Below are positions 7,994-18,047 of a DNA stretch of 47,131 nt, piece after piece. Below the pieces are notes generated by a model. The model had not been told where the DNA came from, did not search any database, and was given only the letters and a program-made list of their open reading frames with translations. This stretch comes from a virus (taxonomy: Duplodnaviria; Caudoviricetes): IMG/VR virus record IMGVR_UViG_3300032040_000015, positions 1-47,131 of that record; one strand, given 5' to 3'. Made by a program: the position numbers and the translations under genes. Numbering within the stretch: the stretch's first letter is position 1; each line of letters begins with the position of its first letter.

Positions 7994-8026
7994 GTCGTTG
8001 CGATAAACGACACAACTCCTTACAGT
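7994..8026 (+). promoter_or_regulatory. Early lytic promoter TTGCGA-N17-TACAGT overlapped by operator palindrome GTCGTT-N6-AACGAC
   Basis: -35 at 7998..8003, -10 at 8021..8026; inverted repeat 7994..8011. Confidence 0.65.
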
Positions 8027-8036
8027 GAGGCAACGC

Positions 8037-8312
8037 ATGAAGACACAAGACCAGTGGAGGTTGACGGTGAAGCTCAAGAGCCACCGGGCACTCATCGAGT
8101 ACATGCAGTTCCGCAAGATCGGAACCGCCTACGAGCTGGCCCGACGCGCCGGCCTCAAGCCGGGCGTCGTCGGCCACATCGTGGGGAAGCGTCGCGACTC
8201 CTGTTCCCTCAAGACGGCTGCGGCCATCGAGGAGGCACTTGGCTGCCCCGCCGGCTTCCTGTTCGTGCCGCGAATGTCGCAAGTCGCAGATACATTGCGA
8301 GCATCGGCGTGA
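8037..8312 (+). CDS. cro: Cro-like HTH protein
   Basis: ELARRAGLKPGVVGHIV...C....AAAIEEALG.P...LF; divergent from repressor. Confidence 0.85.
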   Translation: MKTQDQWRLTVKLKSHRALIEYMQFRKIGTAYELARRAGLKPGVVGHIVGKRRDSCSLKTAAAIEEALGCPAGFLFVPRMSQVADTLRASA

Positions 8313-8497
8313 CCGCCCCGTCGCAGGCCGCTATCGAACGCGCTGGCCGAACACTCGCCGTCGGGCTCGCCGCAGCAGCAGCGATGACACCCCGCGAACA
8401 GGCCGAAGCCGCCTACACCCCCGACGGCCCAACGGTCGACGACCTTGAGGACCGCATCCGCACACACAGGGGACTCCCCCTCAAGCACACAGCCTGA
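8309..8497 (+). CDS. Hypothetical protein
   Basis: GTGA overlap with cro; MTAPSQAAIERAGR... Confidence 0.65.
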   Translation: MTAPSQAAIERAGRTLAVGLAAAAAMTPREQAEAAYTPDGPTVDDLEDRIRTHRGLPLKHTA

Positions 8498-8569
8498 CCC
8501 ACCCACAAAAAACGGGGCCGGCTCCCCCACAAGAGAAACCGGCCCCATCAACGAACAGGACCCATTCTA

Positions 8570-9052
8570 ATGCACCAGACCACGAACCCTCCGAAGCGCG
8601 ACTGGGCACCGACCAGCTCGCGCACCGAGGCTCAGATCCGCGACCTCATCCGCGCACGCAGCGCCATCGACGACAACAGCTGCTGGCTCTGGATGGGCAG
8701 CCTCACCAATGCCGGCTACGGAGCCCTGACCTGGACGCGCGATGCGGTCAAGGAGCGCGGCGCACACCGCGCCTCCTTCATCGCGTTCTGCGGACCCATT
8801 CCGACCGGTCTGCACATAGACCACATCTGCCGTGTCAGGGAGTGCGTCAACCCCGACCACCTCCGTGCAGTGACGCCGCGAGCGAACATCCTCTGCTCCC
8901 CGATCGCCCCGGCGGCGATCAACGCCCGGAAGTCCGAGTGCCCTCGGGGACACGCCTACGACGAGGCGAACACGATCATCCAGCGCGGCGGCGGTCGCCT
9001 CTGCCGGACCTGCCAGAACACCAAGATCAACCGGAAGGCGATGTCAGCATGA
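8570..9052 (+). CDS. HNH homing endonuclease (HNH_3-like)
   Basis: CWLW.G....GYG, AHR, IDHIC....CVNPDHL...N, C..GH, R.CRTC. Confidence 0.9.
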   Translation: MHQTTNPPKRDWAPTSSRTEAQIRDLIRARSAIDDNSCWLWMGSLTNAGYGALTWTRDAVKERGAHRASFIAFCGPIPTGLHIDHICRVRECVNPDHLRAVTPRANILCSPIAPAAINARKSECPRGHAYDEANTIIQRGGGRLCRTCQNTKINRKAMSA

Positions 9053-9372
9053 CCGCAACCGCAATCACACTCGTCAGGAACCACGACACGCAACCCGCCG
9101 GACTCGTGTTCGTCGACGAACTCCCCACCCGACGCACCACCGGCAAGTACGCCAGCGTCGCCGCCGGCCTCCGCGAGAACGCCGGCAAGTGGGCCGCCGT
9201 GAAAACCTTCTCCCCCGCCGAGAAGCACCGCGGCTGGTCCTTCGCGAACGTCGTCAACTCCGGCAAGCTCATCGACTTCCCCAAGGGCAAGTTCCAGGCC
9301 AGCGCCATCAGCGACGACCACGCCACCCGCGTCTACGTCCGCTTCCAGCCCGTTGCGCAGGTGCAGTCATGA
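9049..9372 (+). CDS. Hypothetical phage protein
   Basis: ATGA-coupled; LRENAGKWA...VYVRF pattern seen in actinophage early genes. Confidence 0.7.
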   Translation: MTATAITLVRNHDTQPAGLVFVDELPTRRTTGKYASVAAGLRENAGKWAAVKTFSPAEKHRGWSFANVVNSGKLIDFPKGKFQASAISDDHATRVYVRFQPVAQVQS

Positions 9373-9599
9373 CCAGCACACCGGAAGCCACCACGACAGC
9401 CGCACCGGCCACCGACCGGCCCGTCCTCACATCCGAGGTCTACAGCCTCCAACTGCACGCCGCCGCCGCCGATCTTCACGTCGAGGTCGAGCCCGTCACC
9501 GGCCGCTACTGGCTCCGTGTGGGCGACATCGCCTACCTGTACGTCGACCGGGCCGGCCTCACCACCCTGAACGAGCAGATCGGCCAGGTCCTCGCATGA
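9369..9599 (+). CDS. Hypothetical protein
   Basis: ATGA-coupled at both ends. Confidence 0.65.
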   Translation: MTSTPEATTTAAPATDRPVLTSEVYSLQLHAAAADLHVEVEPVTGRYWLRVGDIAYLYVDRAGLTTLNEQIGQVLA

Positions 9600-9890
9600 A
9601 CACCAACACCATCACCATCACCCGCCCCACACAGGTGCCCTGCACCTCATGTGAGAAGCCAGCCGTGTACCGAGTCGGCGGCCTCTGCCTCAAGTGCGTG
9701 GTCGCATCATGAGCGCCGAACTGTTCTTCGCCCTCGCGCTCGCATGGATCACCCTCGTCGGGCTCCTGTCCAACCAAGGAGGTGCCCGATGAACGCCGCC
9801 CAGATGCTCCGTGAGGCAAGCGACCTGATCTCGGGGTTCGGCGAAGAGATCACCGGAATGGCTGACATCACAGAAATGGAAATCGCATGA
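9596..9890 (+). CDS. Three coupled micro-ORFs (9596..9712 CxxC peptide; 9709..9792 membrane peptide; 9789..9890)
   Basis: Consecutive ATGA overlaps. Confidence 0.55.
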
Positions 9891-11104
9891 AAATCATCAA
9901 ACTAATCGCCGAAGACGTCAAGGGCCTCAAGGCCGTCGAGATCACACCGGACGGAAACTTTGTCGAGATCGCGGGCGAGAACGAAGCCGGGAAGTCGTCG
10001 GTGCTCGATGCGATCTGGCTCGTACTCGCCGGACGGCAAGCATCCAGCGAAGTCGAAGCGCCGATCCGCAAGGGTCAGGAAAAGGGCAGCGCGACCATCG
10101 ACCTCGGCGACATGATCGCCACCCGCACCTGGACGAAGGCGGGCAGTTCACTCAAGGTCACGAGCGGCGACGGCAAGCAAACGTTCGCGTCACCACAGTC
10201 TGTCCTCGACGCACTCCGCGCCAAGTTCCTCGACCCCGGCGAGTTCATTGCTAAGGACTCGAAGGAACAGCGACAGGCGATCCTCGATCTGGTCGATATT
10301 GGCATCGACCTCGACGCAATGGCCAGCGAACGCGCGCGGCTATACGATGAGCGCGCGTCGGTCGGGCAGCAGGGTAAGGCCATCGGCGACGTGCCCGCGG
10401 TTGTGGCGGACGTGCCGGAGGAGGAAGTTTCCGCCGCGCAGATCCTCTCTCAGATGCGCTCAGTCGAGGAGCGCAACCGCGAGATCCGCGACGTCCGCAC
10501 CCAGCATGATTCGGCGAGCGCCGAGATCAAGGGCACCGTCGACAAGATCACCGAACTACAGGCGCACCTCAAGACGGTGCAGATACAGACGGCGAAGATC
10601 AAGGACCACGTCGCCAGCCTCGGTGACCCGCAGGACACCGACGATCTGGAAACTCGACTCGCCAAGGTCGAGGACACGAACCGTGCCGTCCGCGAGAACC
10701 TCGCCGTGAAGGCCAAGTCTGCCGAGAAGGATCGTCTCCGGGGTGAGTACGAGGCGCTGACGAAGAAGATCGACGGACTCGACAAGAAGAAGTCCGACGC
10801 GATCGCCAAGGCTGATCTGCCCGTCGAAGGCATGGACTTCACCGAGGACGGCATCACCCTCGATGGCGTGCCGTTCAAGGATGGGTCATCGTCCCAGAAG
10901 ATGATCGCCGCGCTCAGGATTGCGGCATCGTTCAATCCGCAGTTGCGCGTGATCCAAGTGCGCGATGGGTCACTACTCGGCAAGAAGAACTTCCAGATCG
11001 TCAAGGACTTCGCCGAAGAGAACGACTACCAAATTTGGCTGGAAACGGTCGGCGAAGGCCACGGCTCAGCGGTCATCATTGAAGACGGGCAGGTGACCCG
11101 ATGA
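9887..11104 (+). CDS. SMC/RecN-like AAA ATPase
   Basis: Walker A GENEAGKS, central coiled coil, signature-like SSSQ, Walker B-like IQVRDGSLL. Confidence 0.9.
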   Translation: MKIIKLIAEDVKGLKAVEITPDGNFVEIAGENEAGKSSVLDAIWLVLAGRQASSEVEAPIRKGQEKGSATIDLGDMIATRTWTKAGSSLKVTSGDGKQTFASPQSVLDALRAKFLDPGEFIAKDSKEQRQAILDLVDIGIDLDAMASERARLYDERASVGQQGKAIGDVPAVVADVPEEEVSAAQILSQMRSVEERNREIRDVRTQHDSASAEIKGTVDKITELQAHLKTVQIQTAKIKDHVASLGDPQDTDDLETRLAKVEDTNRAVRENLAVKAKSAEKDRLRGEYEALTKKIDGLDKKKSDAIAKADLPVEGMDFTEDGITLDGVPFKDGSSSQKMIAALRIAASFNPQLRVIQVRDGSLLGKKNFQIVKDFAEENDYQIWLETVGEGHGSAVIIEDGQVTR

Positions 11105-11385
11105 CTGCCACGGAGACGACTGAGACCCGCCACAGCATTTGTGATCTCTGCAAGGGGCACATCGCGATCACTGTCGTGGTTGGCAAGCAGAAGTGGCACG
11201 ACGTCGACTGGAAGCACGTCAACGCCAAGCCGATCACAGCGCATCGGGCAACCCCTGAGCTGCGCTTCGTGATCGACGCGACCTGCCCGAGCTGCGACTT
11301 CCCCGAGATCAGCTACGCCCCAGCCCGTGAAGAGTTCGTCTGCTCCCGGTGCCGCCACACCCAGGAAACGAGGCCCGCAGCATGA
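11101..11385 (+). CDS. Zn-finger hypothetical protein
   Basis: CxxC pairs; ATGA-coupled. Confidence 0.65.
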   Translation: MTATETTETRHSICDLCKGHIAITVVVGKQKWHDVDWKHVNAKPITAHRATPELRFVIDATCPSCDFPEISYAPAREEFVCSRCRHTQETRPAA

Positions 11386-11789
11386 CCGCCCTTGTGCACG
11401 CCATGTGCCCCCCCAACCAGAACGCATTCTGCACCTGCGGCGACACCCTCGCCGACCATCTGGCCACAGACCCCGACAACATCCCCACCCCCGGCGACGC
11501 CGTCTGTCGTTCAGATGCTGGTGGAGCATTCTGGGAACGACGCACACCCGCCCAATTCCAACTCGCAGCAGGCGACACGCTGGACTGCGACGCCCTCGCC
11601 TACTGCAACCAGTGCGGGGACGATCTGTGTACCGATCACTCCCCCGAGTTCGTCACCTGCGTGACCGGCGGCACCCTGCACTGCTTGGGTTGCCGGTACG
11701 AATGCTCGGACTGTGGCGCGGCTGCTGCTGAGGATTATGCGGCTGATCGTGGCGAAGAGTTGGCCCAGATGCGCCGGTGGTCCCGATGA
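11382..11789 (+). CDS. Cys-rich hypothetical protein
   Basis: Multiple CxC/CxxC; ATGA-coupled. Confidence 0.6.
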   Translation: MTALVHAMCPPNQNAFCTCGDTLADHLATDPDNIPTPGDAVCRSDAGGAFWERRTPAQFQLAAGDTLDCDALAYCNQCGDDLCTDHSPEFVTCVTGGTLHCLGCRYECSDCGAAAAEDYAADRGEELAQMRRWSR

Positions 11790-12820
11790 CCGACACCACC
11801 CACGACATGCCACTGCCCGACGGCCCATCACTCCTCGACAACCCGAACGCCCCCACCGTGGACGGCCGGCCCATGGACCACAAGGCCCAGCCGAAGAAGA
11901 CGGACAAGGGCCCGATTCCGGCTCGGCAGGGCAACGGCTACTACGCCGACCATGTCACCGGCGACCGGCTCCGCAGCGTGACGACGATCCTGTCGGGCGG
12001 TGTCCCCAAGCCGGCCCTGATGTTCTGGGCCGCTGGTGTGTGCACCGATTCCGCGATCGAACACCTCCCGCAGCTGGTGGCCGCGTCTCGTGACCGTGCG
12101 CAGCTGGAAGAACTCGCCCGTTGGATCAAGCGCGCCCATACGAGGAAGAAGGACGAACGGGCTGACGTCGGGTCCGCGGTTCACACGATCATCGAAGCCC
12201 GACTGCTGGGCACCCCGATCCCCGAAGCCATCAAGGTCGGTGACAACCTGGTCCGCCTGGACTCTGAGGATCTGGCGCCGTTCGTGCACCAGATTGACCG
12301 GTTCCTCATCGAGTGGCACCCGACGTTTACCGCCTCCGAAATGGTCGTGGCGAACCCGGATCACGGGTACGCGGGGACGCTCGACTTCATGGTCAGCGCG
12401 AGGGGCCTGATTGGGGACATGCTCCGTTCTGCGGGGTATGTCGTGGATCCGGATGGCCAGATCATGGGCGACACGAAGACCGGTGGCGACTGGGACCGGG
12501 TTCTCGGCTCCGGCCACGTGCACGGCGTCTACCCGGAGGCCGGGTTGCAGATGTCGGCCTACCGCAAGGGCAAGACCGCCTGGCTGCGCAATGGCGAGCG
12601 TGTGCCGATGCCTGCGGCGGCTGAGGTCGGCGTGGTGCTGCACCTGCGCCCTGAGGGTTACCGGCTGTATCCGGCCCGGTGTGGTGAGGCGGAGTACCAG
12701 TATTTCCGTCACGCGCAGATGGTCGATGAGTGGGCTTCACGGGTGGCCAGCGCGAAGGCCGACAGCCCGGTGATCGGTGCCGCGCTCGAGCTGCCCACGG
12801 CCTCGAAGGCGGTGGCGTGA
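11786..12820 (+). CDS. PD-(D/E)XK exonuclease (RecE/Cas4-like)
   Basis: SVTTIL, G.AVH, YAGTLD, GDTKTG, LQMSAY motifs. Confidence 0.85.
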   Translation: MTDTTHDMPLPDGPSLLDNPNAPTVDGRPMDHKAQPKKTDKGPIPARQGNGYYADHVTGDRLRSVTTILSGGVPKPALMFWAAGVCTDSAIEHLPQLVAASRDRAQLEELARWIKRAHTRKKDERADVGSAVHTIIEARLLGTPIPEAIKVGDNLVRLDSEDLAPFVHQIDRFLIEWHPTFTASEMVVANPDHGYAGTLDFMVSARGLIGDMLRSAGYVVDPDGQIMGDTKTGGDWDRVLGSGHVHGVYPEAGLQMSAYRKGKTAWLRNGERVPMPAAAEVGVVLHLRPEGYRLYPARCGEAEYQYFRHAQMVDEWASRVASAKADSPVIGAALELPTASKAVA

Positions 12821-13164
12821 TGCCTGAACAGCGGCTTGTTCGCCGCCTCTGCGAAGTGTGTGGCAGACGCATTCCCGAACGCGGCCTGAGAGCGTGCCCC
12901 ACCCATGGACTTGTCGAGATCCTTCCCACACCTCTGGCTGCAGTCCAGGTACTTCCCGGCAACGCCACCTTGCGCGAGATGCGGACGTCCCTGGGCATCA
13001 CGCTGGCCTCGGCTGCGGAGCTCGCGAAGATTGACAAGGCCCACTTGTCCAGAGTTGAGCGTGGTCAGAAATCGCTTTCGGTAGACGCTCTAGTCCGCCT
13101 GCTGCGAGTTCTTGAGCAAGACCTGATCGCGGACGTCCTGAGCAACATCATGCGAGGTGCCTGA
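12820..13164 (+). CDS. XRE-family HTH protein with N-terminal Zn ribbon
   Basis: LREMRTSLGITL..AAELAKIDKAHLSRVERG. Confidence 0.85.
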   Translation: MPEQRLVRRLCEVCGRRIPERGLRACPTHGLVEILPTPLAAVQVLPGNATLREMRTSLGITLASAAELAKIDKAHLSRVERGQKSLSVDALVRLLRVLEQDLIADVLSNIMRGA

Positions 13165-13505
13165 TGTTCGTCACACCTTTGGCCGGTTCTGGCAACCCCA
13201 CAGGCCTTGAGCACCGCGTCGACTCTCGCTACCCGGACGAGACCTACACCCGGTCGATCTGCGGCCAGCACTTCATCCGGTACGCCCACGTCCGAGCCAC
13301 GAATGAGGCGTACCGCGAGAGCCGTCTGGCGACCCAGACCGTCGCAGGCGCCAAGCCAGACCCTCGCGTGACTGACGTCGCCGTCGGCGACACCAGAGCC
13401 TGCGGCAAGTGCGACGAGATCTACCGCCGTCGCATCCAGGCTGCTCTGCCCCTCTTGCCAGCCGACGTGCTGGCTTCCCTCTCCGACCAGATCAAGGACT
13501 CCTGA
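13164..13505 (+). CDS. Hypothetical protein
   Basis: Coupled ORF with CxxC. Confidence 0.6.
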   Translation: MFVTPLAGSGNPTGLEHRVDSRYPDETYTRSICGQHFIRYAHVRATNEAYRESRLATQTVAGAKPDPRVTDVAVGDTRACGKCDEIYRRRIQAALPLLPADVLASLSDQIKDS

Positions 13506-13506
13506 C

Positions 13507-14607
13507 ATGCCCATCTCACCCATCACCCTCCAACGCCGCCAAGCCGAACTCGGACGCATCCGCCTCGGCCAGAAGAACGCTAACCGCGGCTTCCCCATGA
13601 AGCTCTCGCAGTTCCGCTTCACGTCGGTCTCCCAGCAGTACGTCGAAGACCTCGCGAACCTGTACGGCGGCACCGCCACCAAGTGGGACAACAACGGCAT
13701 CCCGTCGTGGGAAGTCCTCACCACCGCCACCTCCATCCCCGTCATCGTCGTCAAAGGCGGACTCAGTCAGTGGATGGAGTTCTGGGCCGGCGGCGGCTGC
13801 ATGCACCGCTGCGACGGACAACAGCAGGTCGACGGCACACCCTGCGACACAGACGAAATGGTCAAGGTCGGGAAGAAGACCCTCAACCCCCACAACGAGG
13901 CCAAACCCACCACCCGCCTATCCGTCATGCTCCCCGAGCTCGACGCGATCGGCGTCTTCAGGATGGAGTCGCATGGCTGGAACGCAGCCGCCGAGATCCC
14001 CGCCGTCGCCGAACTGGCCCAGTTCGTCGGGGATCTCGTTCCCGCCGTCCTCCACCTCGTGGAGCGCCGCACCGTCAAGGACGGCGAGACGTCCCGGTTC
14101 GTGGTCCCAGTGCTGGATCTCAAGATCGGTGCAGCCCGACTGCGTGAGGTTGTCGCTGCCGCGTCGGGCATGAACGAACTCGGCAGCAGCATGCCCTCCG
14201 ATACTCCTGCGATCGAGGGATCCCGCCCCGACTATGGCGCCCACGCTGACGCCGCCCTCGACGTCGACACCGTCCGCGACCTGTGGAAGCAGGCACAATC
14301 CGCCGGCCACCTGGACGACTCGCTCAAGGTCCACCTGACGACACGGGTCAACGAGCTGAAGGCACCAGACACGAACGACCAGTCCGAGGCAGACCCGTCC
14401 ACAGATGAGGTCATCGACCCTGAGGTCCTCGACGAGGATGTGCAGGCGATCTGGCAGAAATGCTTGGCCGTCGCCGGCGACCTCAGCATCGGCTTGTACG
14501 ACGTCGAAGACATGTTCGCCGCCGACAACGAGGGCCTGTCGTCGGTCGATGCGACAGCCGAGCAGATGACCGGGTTCTTGGCGACCTTGAAGGCGAAGGC
14601 CGCGTGA
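13507..14607 (+). CDS. Gp3-like (recombination directionality factor-like / putative annealing) protein
   Basis: LGRIRLG...FRFTS...LYGG...W...C.HRCDG...KPTTRLSVMLPEL...G.FR.ESHGWNAA pattern recalled from this family. Confidence 0.6.
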   Translation: MPISPITLQRRQAELGRIRLGQKNANRGFPMKLSQFRFTSVSQQYVEDLANLYGGTATKWDNNGIPSWEVLTTATSIPVIVVKGGLSQWMEFWAGGGCMHRCDGQQQVDGTPCDTDEMVKVGKKTLNPHNEAKPTTRLSVMLPELDAIGVFRMESHGWNAAAEIPAVAELAQFVGDLVPAVLHLVERRTVKDGETSRFVVPVLDLKIGAARLREVVAAASGMNELGSSMPSDTPAIEGSRPDYGAHADAALDVDTVRDLWKQAQSAGHLDDSLKVHLTTRVNELKAPDTNDQSEADPSTDEVIDPEVLDEDVQAIWQKCLAVAGDLSIGLYDVEDMFAADNEGLSSVDATAEQMTGFLATLKAKAA

Positions 14608-15255
14608 TGGCCACCAGGACCGCCGAGGTTCTCGCGGCGATCGACTCCCTCGTCGGAGGGGTTCACGCCAGCCGCTACGACGACGCCGCACACCGCCGCG
14701 ACCAAGCATTCTCCCTCTTCCCCTCGTTCGACGACACACCCCGACACCGCGCCAACCAGGAGGCAACAGCATGACCAGCATCTACGAATCGAGATGCCCA
14801 GGCGACTGCCATTCAGGCGACTTCGCGGACTTCGACCACTACTGCGACAGCGCAGGAATCAAACCCGGTGAGGAGCCTGCCGCGTTCGCTGCATGGCTCA
14901 ACGCAATCTCCGAATGGGACGGGCGCATGGGAAAGGTGGAGGAATCGTGAGCGACGACACTGTTTGGGAATATTGCGCCGTCTATAGAGACGACGCGGGT
15001 GACATTCATTGGGATTGGGGTTATCGGCAGCCCCCGGAACCCGATGCCGATGGGGAGATCAGCACCGGCAAGCGGGCGTGGGGAAAGTTGTTTGAAATTA
15101 AGCGCCGCCCAGTAGCGCTCGAAGAGTCGTTCTGGATGTCCTCCGACTGCCCTTGGAGGGCCGCTGCGGCAGAGGCTCCCGAGATCTTCCCCGGTATCGG
15201 TGCGGCACTGGACCGCCTCACCATCCGACCCACGAACGAGGATACAACAACATGA
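14607..15255 (+). CDS. Three coupled small hypothetical genes (14607..14774, 14771..14950, 14947..15255)
   Basis: Overlapping start/stop codons with RBSs. Confidence 0.55.
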
Positions 15256-16112
15256 ACTGGCACACCCGCAGGCTGTTGTTGCTCGATTTTGAGACTTCCG
15301 GGGTGGATCCTCACCGGGACCGCATCGTCACAGGTGCCGCCATCGGCGTCGGAGGAGACCAGCCAACCAACGTCCGCGACTACCTCATCAACCCGGGCAT
15401 CCCCATCCCGGCTGGCGCCACGGAGATTCATGGGGTCACCGACGAGCAAGCCGCCCAGGGCACAGACCCCGCAGTGACCGTGTTGGAGATTGCCAACCTG
15501 ATCATGCAGTCCTCCCGGGCCAAGGTCCCCGTGGTCGGTCACAACGTCGTCTATGACCTCACGATGCTGTGGGCCGAACTGACCCGGTACGGCCACGAGT
15601 CTGTAGCCAACTGGCTGGCCGGGGTTCGCCCGGTGGTCGACACGAAGATCGTCGAACACCACCTGGACCCATTCCGCCCGAAACTGCCAAAGCCATGGAC
15701 CAAGCGGCCCGACGAGGCGTGTGGTTCACACCAACTGACCGAGTGCTGCCGCCTGTGGGGCATCGAGCTGTCGGCTGAGGATGCCCACGGGGCTGCAGCT
15801 GATGCTCTGGCCGCTGGTCGTTTGGCGTGGCGTCTGGCTACGGACCACCTGCGGTTCGCCCGGTTCGACTCGAAGCCCACCGAACGGGTGGATGTTGCAG
15901 CGATGAGTCTGGATGACCTGCACGAGTGGCAGGTTGGCCAGTACGCGGAGCGCGCTCTGTCGTTCCAGTCGTACATGCGTGGTGAGCAGCGGGGGAAGCC
16001 CGATGAGGTGGATCCGGGGTTTGTGGCGAACACGCAGTGGCCGGTCCAGTCGCCGCCTGCGGGTTGGTCTCCGGCTGATCTGCCGGTCGTGGCTGAGGCG
16101 GTGTCGGCATGA
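15252..16112 (+). CDS. DnaQ-like DEDDh 3'-5' exonuclease
   Basis: LDFETSG, IHG, GHN..YD, DT, AH.A.AD motifs. Confidence 0.92.
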   Translation: MNWHTRRLLLLDFETSGVDPHRDRIVTGAAIGVGGDQPTNVRDYLINPGIPIPAGATEIHGVTDEQAAQGTDPAVTVLEIANLIMQSSRAKVPVVGHNVVYDLTMLWAELTRYGHESVANWLAGVRPVVDTKIVEHHLDPFRPKLPKPWTKRPDEACGSHQLTECCRLWGIELSAEDAHGAAADALAAGRLAWRLATDHLRFARFDSKPTERVDVAAMSLDDLHEWQVGQYAERALSFQSYMRGEQRGKPDEVDPGFVANTQWPVQSPPAGWSPADLPVVAEAVSA

Positions 16113-16756
16113 GCCTCTACACCGTTCAGCCGATCACCGACTTCACGATCTTCACTACCCCACCGGCCGACAGGAAGCCGGTCAAGTTCAAGGCCCCGTG
16201 GGCCACCACGGTGAAGGAGCTCAAGCGGGAGCTGCACTACCTCGACGCCCACGACGTCGTGATGGAGATCGGCGTCGACGCCAAGCACATCCGCCTCGAC
16301 GGACAGTTGCGCGCCGACGCCCGACCCACCCACCCCGGCGTCAGGCTGACCTTCCAGTCGACCGAGCACGGGAGCCTGTCGTACACGTGCGACACCTACG
16401 AGGCCCGGTGGACGCACCAGATCCCCGACTGGCAGTCCAACGTCCGCGCGATCGTCCTCACCCTCGAGGCGTTGCGCTCGGTCGACCGGTATGGCGCCAC
16501 GCAAGGCGAGCAGTACGCCGGGTTCAAGGCGCTCGGCGCCGGTACGGGCGCTGTCCCGTTCGGTGGCATGACGCCCCAGGTCGCGCTCCTCGAGCTGACC
16601 GACCTAGCCCAAGGGGCTGGCGCTACGGCCGGGTTCACCCCCGCCCAGCTCTACCGACGTGCCCGCGCCCGCTGCCACCCTGACCGGCACCAGGGTGACC
16701 GGTCCCTGTGGGACCGCGTCGAGCAGGCCGCCAAGGTGCTGGGACTGAGCTCATGA
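16109..16756 (+). CDS. J-domain-containing phage protein
   Basis: C-terminal YRR....CHPDR.G; NVRAI.LTLEALR..DRYG. Confidence 0.85.
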   Translation: MSLYTVQPITDFTIFTTPPADRKPVKFKAPWATTVKELKRELHYLDAHDVVMEIGVDAKHIRLDGQLRADARPTHPGVRLTFQSTEHGSLSYTCDTYEARWTHQIPDWQSNVRAIVLTLEALRSVDRYGATQGEQYAGFKALGAGTGAVPFGGMTPQVALLELTDLAQGAGATAGFTPAQLYRRARARCHPDRHQGDRSLWDRVEQAAKVLGLSS

Positions 16757-17377
16757 CCTCACTGCTCCTCATGGCCCCCATCAGTGCCGCGTTCTGGTAC
16801 GGCGTCTACGTCTGGATCCGCCACCTCAACGCCGCCGACGCCATGGCCGCCTATAGGCCCACCCCCGCCGAGGTCGCCGCCACCGAAAGAGCCCACCTAC
16901 CGGAGAACCTCCTATGAGCACACCCATCAAGACCCTCGACCCAGAACTGATGCTGATCGACCACCTCGACTTCGACCCAGCCTGCCAAGCCAAAAGTCAT
17001 GGCGTCCACTGCGAGCGCACTGCTGAGTGGTGGGTCATCGCCAAGGCCCACTGCAGGCCCGACGCGACCGTCACCGCGTTCTGGTGCGCCCACCACTACG
17101 ACCGCGCGCAAGCAGGCGAACTCAACCGCTGCAAACGATGCGACACCCGCTACGACGTGAGCCCACTCATCATCCGAACCGAACGCATCCGATGACCCTC
17201 ATGGCCAGGTACTCCGGCGAGTGCCCCGAGTGCGGTAGCCGCTGGCAGGCCGGCGATCTGATTCGCGCCGACGAGGACCGCCAGTGGAAGCACGCGCTCT
17301 GCCCGACTCCACGGCCCGAGAACCCCGTGTGCCCGGACTGTTTCCTTGTCCACCCGATTGGAGCGTGTGACCGATGA
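16753..17377 (+). CDS. Three coupled small genes (16753..16917 membrane peptide; 16914..17195 and 17192..17377 Cys-rich)
   Basis: ATGA overlaps; CxxC motifs. Confidence 0.6.
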
Positions 17378-17862
17378 CCACCATCCTCGCCATCGACCCA
17401 GGGAACATCGAGTCCGGATGGACCCTCATCGACACCGACACCTGCAGGCCCCTGCGGTTCGGCAAGACCGAGAACCGGCAACTCCACGACCTCTTCGGCG
17501 ATCTGGACCCGGACGTCGCCGTGATCGAGATGATCGCCTCCTACGGGATGGCCGTAGGAGCCACCGTCTTCGAGACCTGCGTCTGGATCGGCAGGTTCGC
17601 AGAGACGCTCGAGTTCGGCCACGCAATCGGCACAGAGCTGGTCAAGCGACTCCCCGTCAAACTCCACCACTGCCACACGGCGAAGGCCAAGGACTCCAAC
17701 ATCACCCAAGCCCTCGTCGACAGGTTCGCGTCTGACCAGTCCAATCACGGCAAAGGCACCAAAGCTGCCCCGGGGTTCTTCTACGGCTTCAAGGCTGACA
17801 TCTGGCAGGCGTTCGCACTCGCCGTTTACGCCGCCGACACGCAGGCAGGGGTGACGTTCTGA
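17374..17862 (+). CDS. RuvC-like Holliday junction resolvase
   Basis: ILAIDPG, VIE, VK.......AKD, D...A.ALA. Confidence 0.85.
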   Translation: MTTILAIDPGNIESGWTLIDTDTCRPLRFGKTENRQLHDLFGDLDPDVAVIEMIASYGMAVGATVFETCVWIGRFAETLEFGHAIGTELVKRLPVKLHHCHTAKAKDSNITQALVDRFASDQSNHGKGTKAAPGFFYGFKADIWQAFALAVYAADTQAGVTF

Positions 17863-18047
17863 TGATGCGCGCCATCCACGCCTACGGCATCGGCGACACC
17901 GTCAGAATCGGCCGCGGGGCGATCACCTGGACCATCACCGGGTTCTTCGGCGAATACGCCGACATCGCAGCCCTGCAACGTGCCGACCAACCCACCTCGA
18001 ACACGTCAGCCCGGTTCGACCGACTCACCAGGGTGGCGAATCCCTGA
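17862..18047 (+). CDS. Small hypothetical protein
   Basis: TGATG-coupled. Confidence 0.55.
   Translation: MMRAIHAYGIGDTVRIGRGAITWTITGFFGEYADIAALQRADQPTSNTSARFDRLTRVANP

Noticed and set aside
16109-16756. J-domain protein as a novel system
   Set aside because: Such proteins are a familiar component of actinophage early regions
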